Shown: positions 1-14,823, numbered from the stretch's first letter. The stretch: DNA of 64,000 nt from Lingula anatina (GCA_051362555.1 CM120641.1:45328401-45392400); one strand, 5' to 3'. Notes: generated by a model from the sequence alone, not told the origin. Program-made: numbers and translations.

Positions 1-960
1 GACCAAAGTTACCAACCAAAGCTTACAAAGACGCCTACATTGCATCGTTTGTAAAACTTCAAGCATATGCAAACGTGATGTATGCCATATTCCAACGCCG
101 TAACTATTTTAATTCCTCGGCGTCTGTTCAAATGTAATATGTTGACGGCTCTCAGTCAGTGAATGCACCAGTGATACCGACATGTCGTGATTGGACAAAG
201 TCGATTTACTGGTCAAGAGGGAAGCATGCGTCCAATATTCACACTATCCGCGTGACCTTTTTGATATTATTCAATCCTTAGTTGGTCGTAGTGAATAGGT
301 CAGGAAATTGATGCGAACTGAATAAAGCTAAAATCTAATGCAACAGAGTAATAAATACTCTTCATTGCAATACTGACGTGTAAAATTCCCATAAGAAAAT
401 TAACGGTCGGTTCTCCATATATTTTGTTACTTGGAATACACTAACATGAATGTGAACACATATTCAACGGGAGAAAACGGTTTGGATTTGGGACATATCC
501 CATAAAGCTAAAATGGAACTTGGGAGTAATAAATACTGCACGACTCGCACAGAGAAAAATAGTTTCAAGTGATCTGCAAATTGGAGCATACCCAATATAC
601 AGCTAAAATTAACCCTGAACTAATGAAAGCCACAGTCCTACACGTCTTAAAATACTCTTTTTAAATCACCCACCAGTGAACGCTTTAAACACTTTATTCG
701 GATAGCAATAATATCAATGTTGACATTTCTTACGCCTATTCACAAAAAAAAGCTGTTAAAAACACGATTCACTTCGGAAAGCAAAGCGTGACCAGCAAAA
801 TGATATGAAACCCCAGTTGCCAAACCCTTGATATGGGTTGTGTTTTGCGTGAATAATCCGTGCCAGGCACAAGATATCGCACTGAACTTGCCGCATATTT
901 GGTGTAATATAAAAAGGCGACCTTTCGATCTATATCTGATATTCAATATATCTAAATCAT

Positions 961-983
961 ACACACACACACACACACACACA
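961..983. repeat. (CA)n microsatellite
   Basis: Perfect AC dinucleotide run. Confidence 0.95.
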
Positions 984-1041
984 CGGCGAGCAAAAATATT
1001 AACGCCCCACGCAATTCTTAAAATTTTTATTAGTATTATGG

Positions 1042-1045
<4 letters not shown>

Positions 1046-1104
<59 letters not shown>
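1046..1104. repeat. (TA)n microsatellite
   Basis: ~30 TA units; explains the spurious IYIY ORFs on both strands. Confidence 0.95.
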
Positions 1105-1108
<4 letters not shown>

Positions 1109-4100
1109 CATACGGGCTGAATTTTATTGTACAATGTGGTACAGATTACTGTCCGTAGCTACAGGTTACTGTCCGTAGCCCATTACACGTTACATAAATA
1201 ATTCACATGGGGCGTTTATATTTTTGCCTCATTGTATATATCTACTGTCTTTACAAGACGTTCGTTTTGACATTTGACCTACGGAATATTGCACAAACAG
1301 TTGATGACCAACTTGACCATATAGACATTCAATTCACTTTTATCTTCTGCACTTTCGGCTGCTCTGGGTTGGTTCCCAGAAAGGATCAGCTGATTACGGC
1401 CATCTGTTGATCTAGCATAGCATTAACGCAACAAAGAGGGCAATTTGTTCACGACAAATTTGTAAATGTTAGCGTTGGTAAAAAAAACCTGTAATGGTGA
1501 TTTTTCGTGACACACGCTGTGCCTTTCCCGAAATGACAATAGTCCATGGCATCGGAAATAAAATAAGACTTTAAATATTAGAAAAGTTCCGCAGTGGTAA
1601 GAGGAAAATAATGCGGAACCGTGAACATACGCAATATATCGCAAGTGTCGTGAAGTGGAAGGCGGGCTTCAACTTGATAATATAAAATAACTTAAATCCG
1701 TCACTTACATTTACTGTAGGAATATTAAGATGTTAAATTTGGAAACTTATAATGTAGCAAATATTTACGCATGATCTAGTTTAGAAAATCAACCCCAAGG
1801 GGAGTAATACAAAAATCCAATACTACAGTCTTATAACAGGCTACACATACCTGTTCAAGATTGGCAGAAGTTGTAGATAGGAAAAAGGTTACTGCATCAT
1901 CAAGAATCAAAAATGGTTTATATCAAGTGTCACAATAGTTCTGAACTTCTTTTGTTCTAAACACTTTGAAGTTGTTTTGATTTTTATTGCTGACCCGAGA
2001 AAAATGTCCTCTGTTAAAAATTCAATATTCGGTATTCATTAAACGTCCAGTACCATAAATATTGTACATGTAGTTACATTGCAGCAGTTCATCAGTATCT
2101 ATCGGAGATTTTAATAAAAACTGATCATAATTAACAGTTTTAGATTATCTGGAAGTGGAAAATAATGCATTGTGTAATGTTATCATGTTTTTAATATGAC
2201 GGGTTAGGAATAGCTACAGGGACAACGCACTACTCGGCTGACCTCAGAGAAAAATCAGCGTTACAAGCGCAACAGCAGTCTTTGCCTTGAACTTGCAAGC
2301 CCACTTGTAACTCATATAATTCAGATAAAAATCTACAAATGATTTGAAAATAATCTAAAGCAACGACTAAAATTTCCAAGGACTTTAAATTGCCTTAGAC
2401 GTCGCAGACTGTACTGGTATTTATCGCGAGTTGATATCTATCGCTTACCCTATTACTTTCAACAGAATATCAACAAAAAGCAATCAAGGGCAGAGTACTC
2501 ATAAACGCAAGGGTACTATTTTTTTCAAATAACTATTTTGTTAAAATATGCTGACAGTGCTAATTTAATTGTGCTTACAGTGCTAATTTAATTGCGCTTA
2601 CTCGTACAAGTTTTTTTTATGGTCAATAACTATTTTCTTTTTTTAAAAAAAATTCGGATTAAATTCAGAACAAGCATTTTGAGTAAGTTAAAAATAATAC
2701 CGTCCTTAAAAATCATGCGTCTATTGAACGATGGAATCTTATACGCCCAGCATAATCAAAACAACATAAAAGGCAAACATACCCTTGACACCGCAAGTGA
2801 TTTCAAATGAGACATAATTTGGATTTTAAATCAATTGATTTTACGTCACTCAAATTCATTTCAGCTTCAAATTATTTAAACTGCATCATCTCTGAAAATT
2901 TTTCAAAATTTTCTTTAAAAATAAATTTATATAAATTATTCAAAACAAAAATATAGCAACAATAAAAAATTAACTATTGCGGTTAAAATCATTTAAATCA
3001 TGGTGTGTGTTTAAACAAAACAAAAAAGGACTACACCAAATATGATAACCATAAATGTATTTGTGTTTAAGAATGACACTTTTCAGTTTGGATGACTGTA
3101 TTTACAATGCAGTTTTTGTAACCGGAGCTGGAAATCTAAGGCGTATTTTCTTCTCAGATCGACGACCATTCTTCATGTTCTTATGTGTGCACAAAAACAA
3201 CATCCAACAGATTCTACCAACATTTAAGCTCGTCGGAGAAAATATAATTATTTTGATTGTTCTCCAATGTCACCTGACACGCATTTATATTATCAAATAT
3301 TAACGGAAATATCAACACTGGTAGTTGCAAAAATAAACCGAACTGTCTGTCTATTTTTGAAAGCCATTTTACTGATCTAGCATGCTTTTGTAGTGACATT
3401 TATTCAAAAGCGGTGGTTAACGTAAACACTTAGTTATGTCTTTTTCCCAAAAGTGATCTTCATACCCGTATTAACTACAAAATATTAATTTAGCATTGCT
3501 AAATTGTATTCTTTAATTTTGGTTATTATTTACATTATCACTAACCTCGATTTAAATTTCAACGCAGCCGCCCTTTTCTATGCTCTCGCTCTAATCCGTA
3601 ACGGCCATTTTGAAATCTACTCCTCATAGATTCATTCATCCAACATTTGCTACTCAGATCTTATTTTATTTTTAGACAGCAGTACCCTTTAGGCTCAAAC
3701 GAAATATCGGAGTTGTTCTGGATGAAACTGTCGGCGATATAGCATTCACCTATCTCAAAATGTAAAGAAAGGAGGTCACGGCCGATAATATATTCAACTA
3801 CACAGAATGAATTAATGTCTCGTTCAGTTTGGCCAAAGAAATATATTCTCAGTGGCTTGCATGCAGAATTCTCATCACCATTAAATTCTGCACACCTGGG
3901 CATAAACATTCAAATGACGGAAGCATAATTTAAGGTGTGCTATTTAACCGCGTCTACAACATCTTGTTAAATTGAGGTCAGTTTCTTGGGTCACTAGCAG
4001 CAGACATTTTGGATTTTCATCTCGACAGGCTTTCCTTATCATTGATTAATCACAATCAGCCATTGTCTTATCAAAATGTTTCATTAAAAGCCGCGTTTGG

Positions 4101-4399
4101 GGAGCAACGGGCCGAAGCCTATCAAACGTTCTATGTAAGGGGTATATTGATTCTACTGGTACTGATTGATCCAAGCCATTTCTGCAAACTCGCAAAACAA
4201 ATAGTACGCAAAAAAAGCTACTCTGCAAATTATTTATTGTTGAATGACTTAATTCCCAATATGAGGCAAAGCTGCCCAGGCATGTTTTCATTGTCATTTT
4301 CATCACGAAGACGCGTGAGAAATCAGCATCCCACAACGTTAAGACTAGCAGAATATGAAGTACCTTTTTAATTCCAGCTTAGCTGTCCAAAATTAAACA

Positions 4400-5070
4400 T
4401 GGCATCCAGGACACGAAGGCTTGCTGACTCCATAAAGCCGGCGCAGTTGTGTGCATGGCATTTGCCTCTCTTTCCAGTCACACCATGGGATTTATGAAGC
4501 TTACAAATTCTATGCGTGCGAAGAAACAGCCCTTAGCAAGTAACATTAGCCTGACAAAGCCCTGCGATCAATCGAGGAAAATGAATAATCGTGCTGACAT
4601 AGTACATCGCGAAAATGTGTATTCAGTCCTTTGGCCTCTTTGAACTGCATTCCTCAACGTTTGCATATCAATCAACCTCGCTTTTGTGTGTCGGTAAATG
4701 GCGCTGATTGGCTAACAGAGTTCACATCACCGCCGGGGGTGGGGCCAAAATATTGACAGGTCATTAGGCCGCTGGATATCACATTCCGCCGGCAGGTCAA
4801 TTCATCAGATTAATGTTTCTGGCTGTTCCAAAATTGGAGTGTTACTCCCTCTGAATCTTAACCGTCTGCGCACCGCGCCAGGTTGTTTTTCTCGTCAACA
4901 TGACACGTCTGATAATTGCTGCACTATTATTAAATTCACGCTAAAATCAGGCGCAGATTTAATTAGACCTGCTAGAAATCTAATGCAAATAATATCAAAA
5001 CCAGGATGGATTTTATTACGCCTCCATTTACATTTGTCAGAATGAGAGTTATTAATTATTTACAGGACTA
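4400..5070. promoter_or_regulatory. Putative cis-regulatory (enhancer-like) module
   Basis: Non-repetitive and more GC-rich than its flanks. Dense in TAAT/ATTA cores, TGACAG, TGATTGG (CCAAT) and an octamer ATGCAAAT (~4983-4990). No credible ORF. Confidence 0.3.
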
Positions 5071-7939
5071 AAAATCCTTTCAAAAATTTTCCTACAGTAA
5101 AATGGACTTATTTTGATAAAAATAACAACTTGGCATGTTGTGAAAATAAACACTAATGCTAGAAACCTTGTATTTACCATTAAGAGCGTCTTTACAGTCT
5201 GGTATCATCGTATGAGAGCGGCGAAAACACTGCTCCGGTAGCTTGCGGCAGTACAAGAGAAAAACATTATAAATCACAGCACCACGTAGGAGATTATCAT
5301 TATCATTATTCTTATTTCATCAGCGTGAAATAAGTTTGCGGTTTTCCTGTTATCCATAATTTTTGGACACAAACACAATTTCCAGCAATGAATGTCCTCA
5401 ACCTTTCCGTTGAGCTATTTTTTCAAACTCTTTTTAATTTCACTGCTCTCCTTTGTACTGCACCCCTACTCTGTAGCTCGCACTCGAATTTATTTCAATA
5501 GTTTTGTGCCTCACAGAAGGTACGTAGCCTACAGCTTTATAAATGATCAGCTAGTTACTGTTTAAAGATGATGGTAGATACAAAGAACAGATTCTGCCTA
5601 CATTAGATTCTCACAAAAACTTAAATAAGCACTAATCTAACTTACGCTTGAAATCTAACTAAAATATTCAAATCAAAGTGCCTACCCTATTTTCTCCAGT
5701 TTAAAGTCCAGAATAACGATCGATCTATCTAGTTGGCAGTTTAAAGAACATGGACTTCCATTTTACCAAACCAATATGAATAAACAGAACGCAGAGAATG
5801 CGTAATCCGACACTACTGCAGGTATTTCATGTAATATTTATATATATTTCATCAGAACCAAAATCTAATTATATCATCCACCTCGCTTAAATCTAATTTC
5901 ACAGTGGCAAAATGATTTAAAATACTGGCCATGTTAACGCTCTTAGAGCAATATTGCTGATTCTTAGAACAATACAGTAAAAATGTGTCACCCAAAAGAG
6001 ATTATTTAAAAAGATTGAAAATTTAGTGTATAAACTGTACAGCAATTTTTTAATCCTTCATTTAGGTTACACTTCAAATAATATAGGGAGAAAATATAGT
6101 TACTAAAATGCTACTGTGCTTATTTTTTATTTTTGTGTCTTGAATTAATAGAAAGAATTACTCTCATTAATTCTAAATAACAGACACCCCTTTTCCTAAA
6201 TACAGTCACAGTATCATTTTTGAAAAACACACAAGCAACAGCATGCGGCGAAGGTAAAAGACCGCTCAGTAGCAGTTTGTGTAAAAAGATATAAAACTAG
6301 AAGAAGAATCGGAAATGTCAAGGAAATGCGCATTTCTTGATAAAAATGAGAGGCAGAAAAATTCCATCTGTGACTGGCATGTGATGACGGACTATCGTCT
6401 GCCGCCCCACTTTTGGCACTTTTGGCATTTGATAGCAAGATATCTTTTATATTAATTCAATCATATATTTTCAATTTAATACTGTTCTCATTTTTATCTG
6501 TAACCTTTAAAATGAACTGCCATTGATTTTATTTTTTGAAACATTTTACACACGAAGAGGAATAAATGATCTGAAAATAACATTTCACGTGCATCTGTTT
6601 GCTGATTGGAGTTGAACTTTAAGACCTTCTTTACCCACCCATCCGAGATAAAAATTTGGAGTTCTAGTTGCAGTTTTTCATCTCACTTCTCACTAAATAC
6701 TTTGTTTGCTTTTACTATCCATTAGTTCGTTTGATATTTTAGATTCGGGTTGAATTACGGGAAGTGAAGATTATAAGTGAACTGTTGATCATGTATTGTT
6801 TGAATACGTCAGCTATCAATAAAGATGGTGAAATATAAAATAAAATAGTACAAAAATGATTCATGTAAAGTACATTAACTTACTGCACAGCGTGCCTGCA
6901 TGTAGGTATTTTCCCTAGCTAACGCAGATATTTTCTGGCTTTTAGTGCACAGTGATATCAAAATATGAAATACTTTTAGCAGTGCTGTGGTAATCATGTT
7001 GTTTAACCACTTTGATTAAAGCAAGGTTCTCGGTTTACACAATGCCTTATATATACGCAAACATATTTTGATTTTTAACAGCACAGGTGTATTCAATTTC
7101 CATAAATGGTATAAAACCTTTTCTGCAGACGATGAAGCTCGCTATGCCTTTAAATATCATTACATGTTTTGCGTTACGTTTTGACTGTAGTCAACGCGCT
7201 GGACCATGCCGATTAAGTCAAAGGTCTCGTTAATGAAACTGCCATTTACACACACGCATTCTATTTTTGGTGATAAAACAGCAAAGGTGTTTTTATCTAC
7301 ATAGCGAATGTACCAAATATGTAAAAATCATTGGATGTTTTATCGCGCCCTACTTGCCTTTTGCCTTTTATTGCCAGGGTAGGAAAGCTAAATCTGTCAT
7401 CTATTAATATATCTTCTGTAGTCTATTTTTCATCAGATCAAATAGCAATAAAGAGAAAAGGGACTATCACAAATCATATGAATCGAATATTTTTCCGTTT
7501 CCACCTAAACGGATTGATGACTGGATAGTCCCACGCGTAGCCTTCATTCATTTGCCAGGTTACGAATACAGTTAACGTTACATGAAGTCCACATTACAAA
7601 ATGCAGTATCATTCTAATAAAATGTGTCTTTCAAAATGTAATCAAAATATAATTTTCATCACAAGGAAAATATATTTGATTTCACGTATTAAAATATACC
7701 TAAATTCCATTTGCAAACATGATATACAGACCCTACTGCGCAGGTTACTTTAAATAGGCTGACGTAGAAACGCACTTGAACAGCTATCTCATTAATCTAC
7801 AGTAACAGTTCGGCCCATTTCTTGTTAGCACTCACCCCCATCACCTACTTCTCTTACCTACGACAAGATCTCGAAAAAATTGGGGTGGAAAAGGGAGAAG
7901 GAAAAACAAAACAAGCATTTACCGCGTATTTCAGCACTT

Positions 7940-8275
7940 ACGAACCAACGGCTCTTGGTCGCCGACGTCTTCAGTGCGGTCAGCTAACAAGGGCCAATCA
8001 CAACTTGCGGATACGATTCGATTTGTTGATCTTTACATAGAGAGCAAGATAAATCGAAGCTATCTTAGCCCAATTGAGGGTCAATTTGATACCTGGGAGT
8101 ATTGATAATTGACCGTTGTAAGTCACAGTATGACGCTAGCTGGTTTTCGAACGACTCACTACTCCCTAATTGTATTTATATTGATTACAGGTTGGTCCGC
8201 TTCGACAGCAATTAAAGGGGAATTTACTAACGCAACCGGATATCTGTGAGGTGATGCCTAATTTTGCTTTGATAT
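7940..8275. promoter_or_regulatory. Putative cis-regulatory (enhancer-like) module
   Basis: CCAATCA, AGATAA, several TAATT/CAATTA cores and CTTTGAT (TCF-type) clustered in ~330 bp. Confidence 0.25.
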
Positions 8276-9074
8276 CATTTCATTTTTTGTATGATATTAT
8301 ATAATTGTGTAACGGCGTTCATGAAAAATGAGTAAGCGCCAAAAAGTGTAAGTACGAGTATGGTCCAATAGTAATTTTTCATGTGTAATATTTCCATCCG
8401 ACTTGTAACCTTTAAAACTGACCATGTCCTACCAAAAATAACCTTTAAAACTCTCGAAAATATCAACAGATTTCATCATTATATAAATAAACAATGTATC
8501 TCCTAATCGTGTATATTTGGGGTGGTTGACAACGAAATAGTTCAGATGGACAACGCTCTTCGCAAAGTTGGGTTACTCTGGCTGACTGAAAGAGGAAAAG
8601 GAAGCACCCGTCAACAGTTTAGATACAGAAATAAATAATTCAATATACAAATACGTGAAAACTATACACACAATTTCCCCTAATATGCGTAGGTTGAATT
8701 ATATTAAGCGTATTTTTTTCTTTAATGGATATCATTTTAGAAACGCAAACAAAATGGCAGATAAGAGACACGATTGTGCAGAGTTGAGAAAAGCACATCT
8801 TCACACTGATTTCATGATAACCATAACTACAAAATAAAATAGAGATATTCATGAATAATGAAATGAAATACCTAAACCACGACCACCAGTTGTCAACAAT
8901 AGAGCCTCAAACATTTTTAATGTTTCAAGTTGAAACCTTTTAAGTGCAGAAAATTTTAATTTAAAAATGTTATTGGCAAATGTTGGTTAATTATTCCTCC
9001 TTTGTGGAGCATAATGTGCCGTGTGTAAAAAAATATTTTCCCGTTGATTTTCACATGGGTCTAATTTCGTTCTT

Positions 9075-9078
<4 letters not shown>

Positions 9079-9114
<36 letters not shown>
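9079..9114. repeat. poly(T) tract
   Basis: ~36-nt homopolymer. Confidence 0.9.
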
Positions 9115-9115
<1 letters not shown>

Positions 9116-11195
9116 AAATCTAAATCACGCTGCATATCTTTAGAAATTCCTTTTTTACATTTCTGCTTTTTGCGGTTTTTAGTAGGCACTGCTGTAAAGC
9201 ACATGTCTCAAATATTTTTTCTTACCGTAGTGGAACAAGGTACGCACTATGTAATGTTCGCAAGTGTCTTCCGTAACTATTTTTAATGATCCCCAATAAT
9301 ATTATGATTTCACAGAAAGGTACTATTTTATACCACTCTGTACAGTTTTAATAATCGGTAAGATAATGCGAAAAAAACAGGCAATGTAAAATTTTCAAAT
9401 AGCCTGACTTACATGCATGTTCACGCAAACTGGTATTTAGTTCGTTATCAAGTGAAGGGACTGGAGTAATATCCTTTTGCCATGTGTAACCGTATTAACT
9501 ACCGCTGAGGTTAATGGGCAGCATTTCCCGTTAAATCTGTTCCTCCGGCACCTGTTTTATTGTATTCATTCCAAAAGGACCGTTAATAATAATAATAATA
9601 ACTATTATTATAATTATTATTATATTTATTATTATGAAATCGTGAAATAAATACAAAGATGAGGAAGTAAAATATTTGAACCTGTCACAATTTGGTAAGT
9701 CTCAGTTGTCTTTTATTCTTGATTTCCTTTTTTAATTAAAGAAAATCATGCAAGCAACATAAACCTTCGAAGCGGTGGATTGACGTATATCCTGAAATCG
9801 GCTACCTCCGGTGTCTTATTTCTAGAAATTTGTAGATAATTCTAGTTTACTTATCATGTTTCATGACCACCAGATGTCTCTATCGTCTAGTAAGTTCAAG
9901 ACAACATCGGCTAACAGCCTTAATATATATTTTTTTTATTCCATCAAGGCACTCAAGACTGCAGTTAAAAGCGCAAAAACAAGTCTAACAAATGATACAA
10001 GCATTATCAGTACTATCTGTAATAAGTGACATTTAAGCAATAATTCCAATATTCTGAACAAATAGATTGCTATGAAATGCTACTTAATTTTTTTTTTTTA
10101 TGATAATAGAAATATATATATATCTTAAATGCTAAAACCCGACCTCGGAAAGACGTGAACACATATGCACTCGCCTTTGATGCGAGTTGACGTAATTCAA
10201 CGTGATTGTGTACGTTGTGGCAGTGCATTTTCATTTTTGAACAAACCAGTTTTTGAACTCGACGTTAAAATCGACGTATTCTTTCTAATTCCAATCTGTT
10301 CTTGAATTTTTCTAAACACACCTTAGGTGCTGATTTGAGACGCCGTGGTTATTTGAACCAGGTATTGACATGCATGCAGGACAACGTCTAAATATGATGG
10401 CAGGGTGTCCACTAAATCATCCCAATTTTCTATATATGGAAATAATAATAAAATATTTATCTTAAAACCATAAAAAATTATTTTTGTATATTTATTGATT
10501 CATCTATATATATCTATATATCTTTTAACTTAATTATTTATTCTCTCGCTTAGTTGAAAAACCGAAAGGACGTAAAACACCTCCATTATATTCACCGTTT
10601 TATATATTATATATTCATTATATAAGAAGCGTGGTCCTAAAATAACAATACTTGTGTAATGTTAGTGTTAATGAGGGAAATGCATAAAGTTCAAATTGCC
10701 TGTATTAGATAAGCTAAAATGGACTAATGCCTCGTTTTTATTTTGCTTTTGCATGACTGGTTGGCGGCTTTTCCTATCTTTTTGCATAAACTGAACGAGG
10801 TCATGCTGTTGCCAAAAGACCTTGGATTATCGAAGTAGGTCCTCAATAAAATGCTTGGCCCTACAATTGTTTCTATACAACTTATTTTTCTTTGGAAATA
10901 ACATTTCTGTAATTCTTTAGAGACGTCAGTACCAAGACACAAACAGATATTATTCAAGGTATTTGAGGCAGATGGTAAGCCTAACGGCCCAGAACAATAC
11001 TATTTACATACGCACCCGATGAAATTGATCAGACGCAGTGGTAGGCGTTATCGGTTGCGTGCGTCAGTGCGCGCTACAGTGGATTGCATTAAAGAAAGAG
11101 TGTACACATTTAGTTATGACTTTTGGGTAAATTTTCAACTCCTATGTTAAGTACATAACCTGGAAGTTGAGTCACGCCAAGAGAGGAATTAAACC

Positions 11196-11921
11196 ATGGA
11201 TATACAAGGAGCAGCACTGGTCGGCCTCTGTTATATCCCTGTCCTGTACTTCGCCTACAGCGCCTTTGCAACCGACCCCGTCACTGCAGCCGCAGGGCTG
11301 GTGATCCTGGCAATGTCTGCCTACATCTTGCTGGAGACAATGTCACACGGGAGTGTCTCTTCTTCCAACAAGGCTGTCTTTATCACAGGTAAACTGAGCA
11401 AACCGCGGCATCACGCCAGGTAGAGGCATTACCGTGCAGAATCTGCAGAATGCAGTGCTCCGCCTTCAGTGTGTGTACACACCCGAGACCGCTTGGCGTG
11501 GAATCGATCTGCAGCATAATATTACTTTCTGTACTGGTGGGTGCTCTTGAGGGCACGACAGCAAAATACTATCAGTGTTCTATGCAATGAATAGCATACC
11601 TCTGCGGGCATATTTGATAATGTATTCATGGCAAATAGTGTGCTTCTCGGCTGAAAAATCGCGCTGCGGTATTGAATGGTAGGTTGGCGTAGTAAGGGCC
11701 CGGTGATCTCTTTTCCTCTCTGCATGCCTGGTCCACATTATTGGTCAGATAACACGTAAATCCAATACAGATGAGATATTGCACGATCTGTTACCTAATC
11801 GACCCGTTAACCTCGTTTGTAGCCCAATCAAGGCAGATTCCGGCTGATAGAGCTTGCGGCGACCGATAGTCGCAAAGAGAGCACAAATCATAAGCCTGAC
11901 CTTAGGCGTGTTTAGACCCCC

Positions 11922-11961
<40 letters not shown>

Positions 11962-14823
11962 GCAAAAACACCAACTCCTCGTTATACAATCGCACCCGGT
12001 GTTGAAAATTTTTTTGGGAAGAGTATTATTAGATTTATCTGATTCTGAGTCTCAAAACCGCGGGCTCTATTGCCGGAGGGACTTGGTATTAACTTGTCAC
12101 TGAGACACTGCATCGCTTTTCTGTCATTGTCTGTCACCGCTTACAGCAATACAAGTGTAAGACATATACGGCATGATGTCAGTAACGATGACACAAACAA
12201 ATCCTGTTTTGTAATATTAGATGTTTTTGTCATCCATATGATTGTAAGAATTTTCCATAACATTAAATATATATTTCAAGCCACAAAGTTGTGTATGATA
12301 TACAAAATTATGAGTTTTACTAAAGTTAACGTAGTACAGCTTTTTACAAGTTGCTTGACATCATATGAGAATATAAAATACCAGAAATAAATATTCATTT
12401 ATTTATTTAATGTCACATCAAAAACTACATGATTTAGAATAAATAGGAAAGAGATAAATTCCCGGGAAGGAGTGGTGATTTTAATTGTAAGTTAAATAAC
12501 CAGACTGGCCTGGATTTCTTCATTTACTTTTAAATGAATAATTGGATACGCGAATAAATTAATACATAATAAAAAAATATATAACGATAACAATATGGAT
12601 AATAGACACAAATTTCTCATCAAAATAAAGTTTTAAAAACAGATTAAAGCTAAAAGATCTTTGTGACTTACAAATTAAGTTTTAAGAATAAAATTTAGGA
12701 GAGTGTCTTGAATTAATTGCATTCAGAGCTTTCAAAATTTTAAGACTAAATTTAAAATCTACAAAACAACAACAAGCTTAAGATGGATATTTTCTGATAA
12801 ATTGATATATATTCTACTCTTAGGTTGCGACAGCGGTTTTGGATACAGTTTAGCAGAACGTCTCGATGAGCTGGGATTCAAAGTTTTTGCAGCCTGTCTG
12901 TTTCATGACGGAGACGGCGCTAAAGCTCTCCGCGAACGCTGCAGTAATCGACTCCATATTGTCCAGTTAAACGTCAGCAGCGACCAGCAAGTTCAAGAGG
13001 CACTTACTTTTGTGCGAGAAAACCTCGGTGACTCTGGTGGGTAAGATTTTTCATTTAATAATTGTCCCCCTGGTTTCTGTCAATGTTGGAATCAAATTTT
13101 ATTTGGATTTGATGTGCGAGTTTTTGTTCATTACCATGCCTAACATCTTAGAATTAACCAATGGGAAAGCTTTTTCGACGACTGTTTTTTTTTTCAAAAC
13201 ACTTTATATTAAAGCCTTCTCTATCAGTTAAAAAAAACTTAAAATTTGAAATAACATGAAATAAAATTAAATACATTTACCATGAGTCTGAATACGAAAA
13301 TAAATCTTATTACAATTATGCCTTCCTTCCGAATCCACCTGATAAAAAACTAAGACTTAGAATTTTTGGTAATTTCTCCCTAGACCTCTGGGCTGTGGTC
13401 AACAATGCTGGAATTGGAATGTTTGGTGAGCTAGAATGGGTCAAAATAGAAGACCTCCAGAAAGTGATGGATGTGAACGCTGTTGGGCCAGTAAGAATCA
13501 TCAAAGCGTTTCTTCCCCTGCTTCGCAAATCTAAGGAGAATCCTCGGATAGTTAATGTGAACAGCGTAGCGGGTAAGTATTTGATATAAGGGATCGTCTG
13601 CAGGGTTGTGACGCGAAACATACTATCAAAAAATAATTTCTGGCGTCCCCAACAAGTTTCACTTATAAATAAATTTAGAATTCATAAATTAATTTTTGGT
13701 AGTGGAATTACAATAGTCTTGGTTTCTAGTTCTGAAAATCACTCTGGCGAGTGATAAAAAAATTTAAATCTCCAAATCAAACGTGCAACAGTTGACAAAG
13801 CTCGCGCATTGCTGTTTCACTTTACGTAAAATTTTAGTTTTTTTGAAGCAGAGATATTTATTACAATAAATCAAAAGTATTTAAATGCTATCGGGACGTA
13901 CATGTAGGCGTTTGTTTATCTACAGAGAACTAGGAACATCTAAGTGATAAAAATGCCATTTGTCGTTCGTATATAGGTGAATGATAATTTTTAAACATGA
14001 TACAGTACTTTAAACCGGACTTAATTAAACATGGACTTAATTAAAAATAACAGCACCTGCGAAAGCTGACCTGCAAGAAGGGCAATTGTTAATTTACTTA
14101 TAGCATTTTGAACAAATTTGCTAAATAATTTTTCTGTGTGCAATGTGTATTTCTAGGCCGGTTTACACTTGCATGTGGCGTTCCGTACTCCATGTCAAAG
14201 CACGCATGCATCGCTTTCACAGACGGATTAAGAAGAGAGTTGAAAAAATTCAACATTGACGTTGTCAGCGTAGAACCGACCCTCTACAAGTAAGTTGTGA
14301 TTTAACATTCCTTAATTTCTTTAAAAATATTACGCTCTTTCCATTTTTCTTAATAACAAAGTTACCGTCCTGCAATATTATAAGTTAAATCGAATAACTA
14401 CTACTATGAGTCAGGGTACGAAAAAGGCTTACTACAGTTCTCTCTCGCTCATTTTAATTAATTAATTTTTCTCCAAGAACCCCACTTGGTAATCCGGACA
14501 CGCTAAAGAAAAACAGCGAGCAACAATGGGAGCAGTTGTCCACCGATGTCAAGAGCGACTACGGACAGGGGTACTTCGACGCGCTTTGCAAAGTCCTACC
14601 CGCACGCTTTCAAGCCATGGCCAGCGACAATGTCGATGCGGTAATTGCGACACTTGTGACAGCAGTGACTATTATAAAACCTAAACGCCGTTATATCCCG
14701 CGCTTGACAGCAAGTTTCAGGGTGTGGATTCTGGAGAAGTTACCGTACTCTATACAAGATCGTCTTCTAGTGGCTTTTCAGCCCAAAGTAGCCGTGGCTT
14801 GGGCTAAGGGAAGAGAGACGTGA
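11196..14823 (+). CDS. Short-chain dehydrogenase/reductase, SDR9C-type (retinol dehydrogenase / 17-beta-HSD / BDH1-like), 5 exons
   Basis: Exons 11196-11388, 12824-13036, 13384-13572, 14157-14289 and 14478-14823 join in frame at GT-AG sites. Motifs: N-terminal hydrophobic anchor, TGCDSGFG (Rossmann), NNAG, catalytic YSMSK (YxxxK), VSVEP. AATAAA at ~14854 and ~14913. Confidence 0.9.
11922..11960. repeat. (AAT)n microsatellite
   Basis: Perfect trinucleotide run in SDR intron 1. Confidence 0.9.

Noticed and set aside
740-1111. ORFs on both strands with IYIY/HTHT runs
   Set aside because: Artefacts of the (TA)n and (CA)n microsatellites.
1146-1178. Short direct repeat TTACTGTCCGTAGC x2 (similar pairs at 2555-2600 and 14017-14043)
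   Set aside because: Two-copy slippage duplications with no spacer array; not CRISPR-like.
4009-4371. 120-aa and 96-aa overlapping ORFs
   Set aside because: Non-ATG starts, no recognisable domain and no convincing splice context.
10130-10410. Patch of TCAACGT/GACGT-like motifs, possibly an old MITE
   Set aside because: Termini and target duplication could not be defined by eye.
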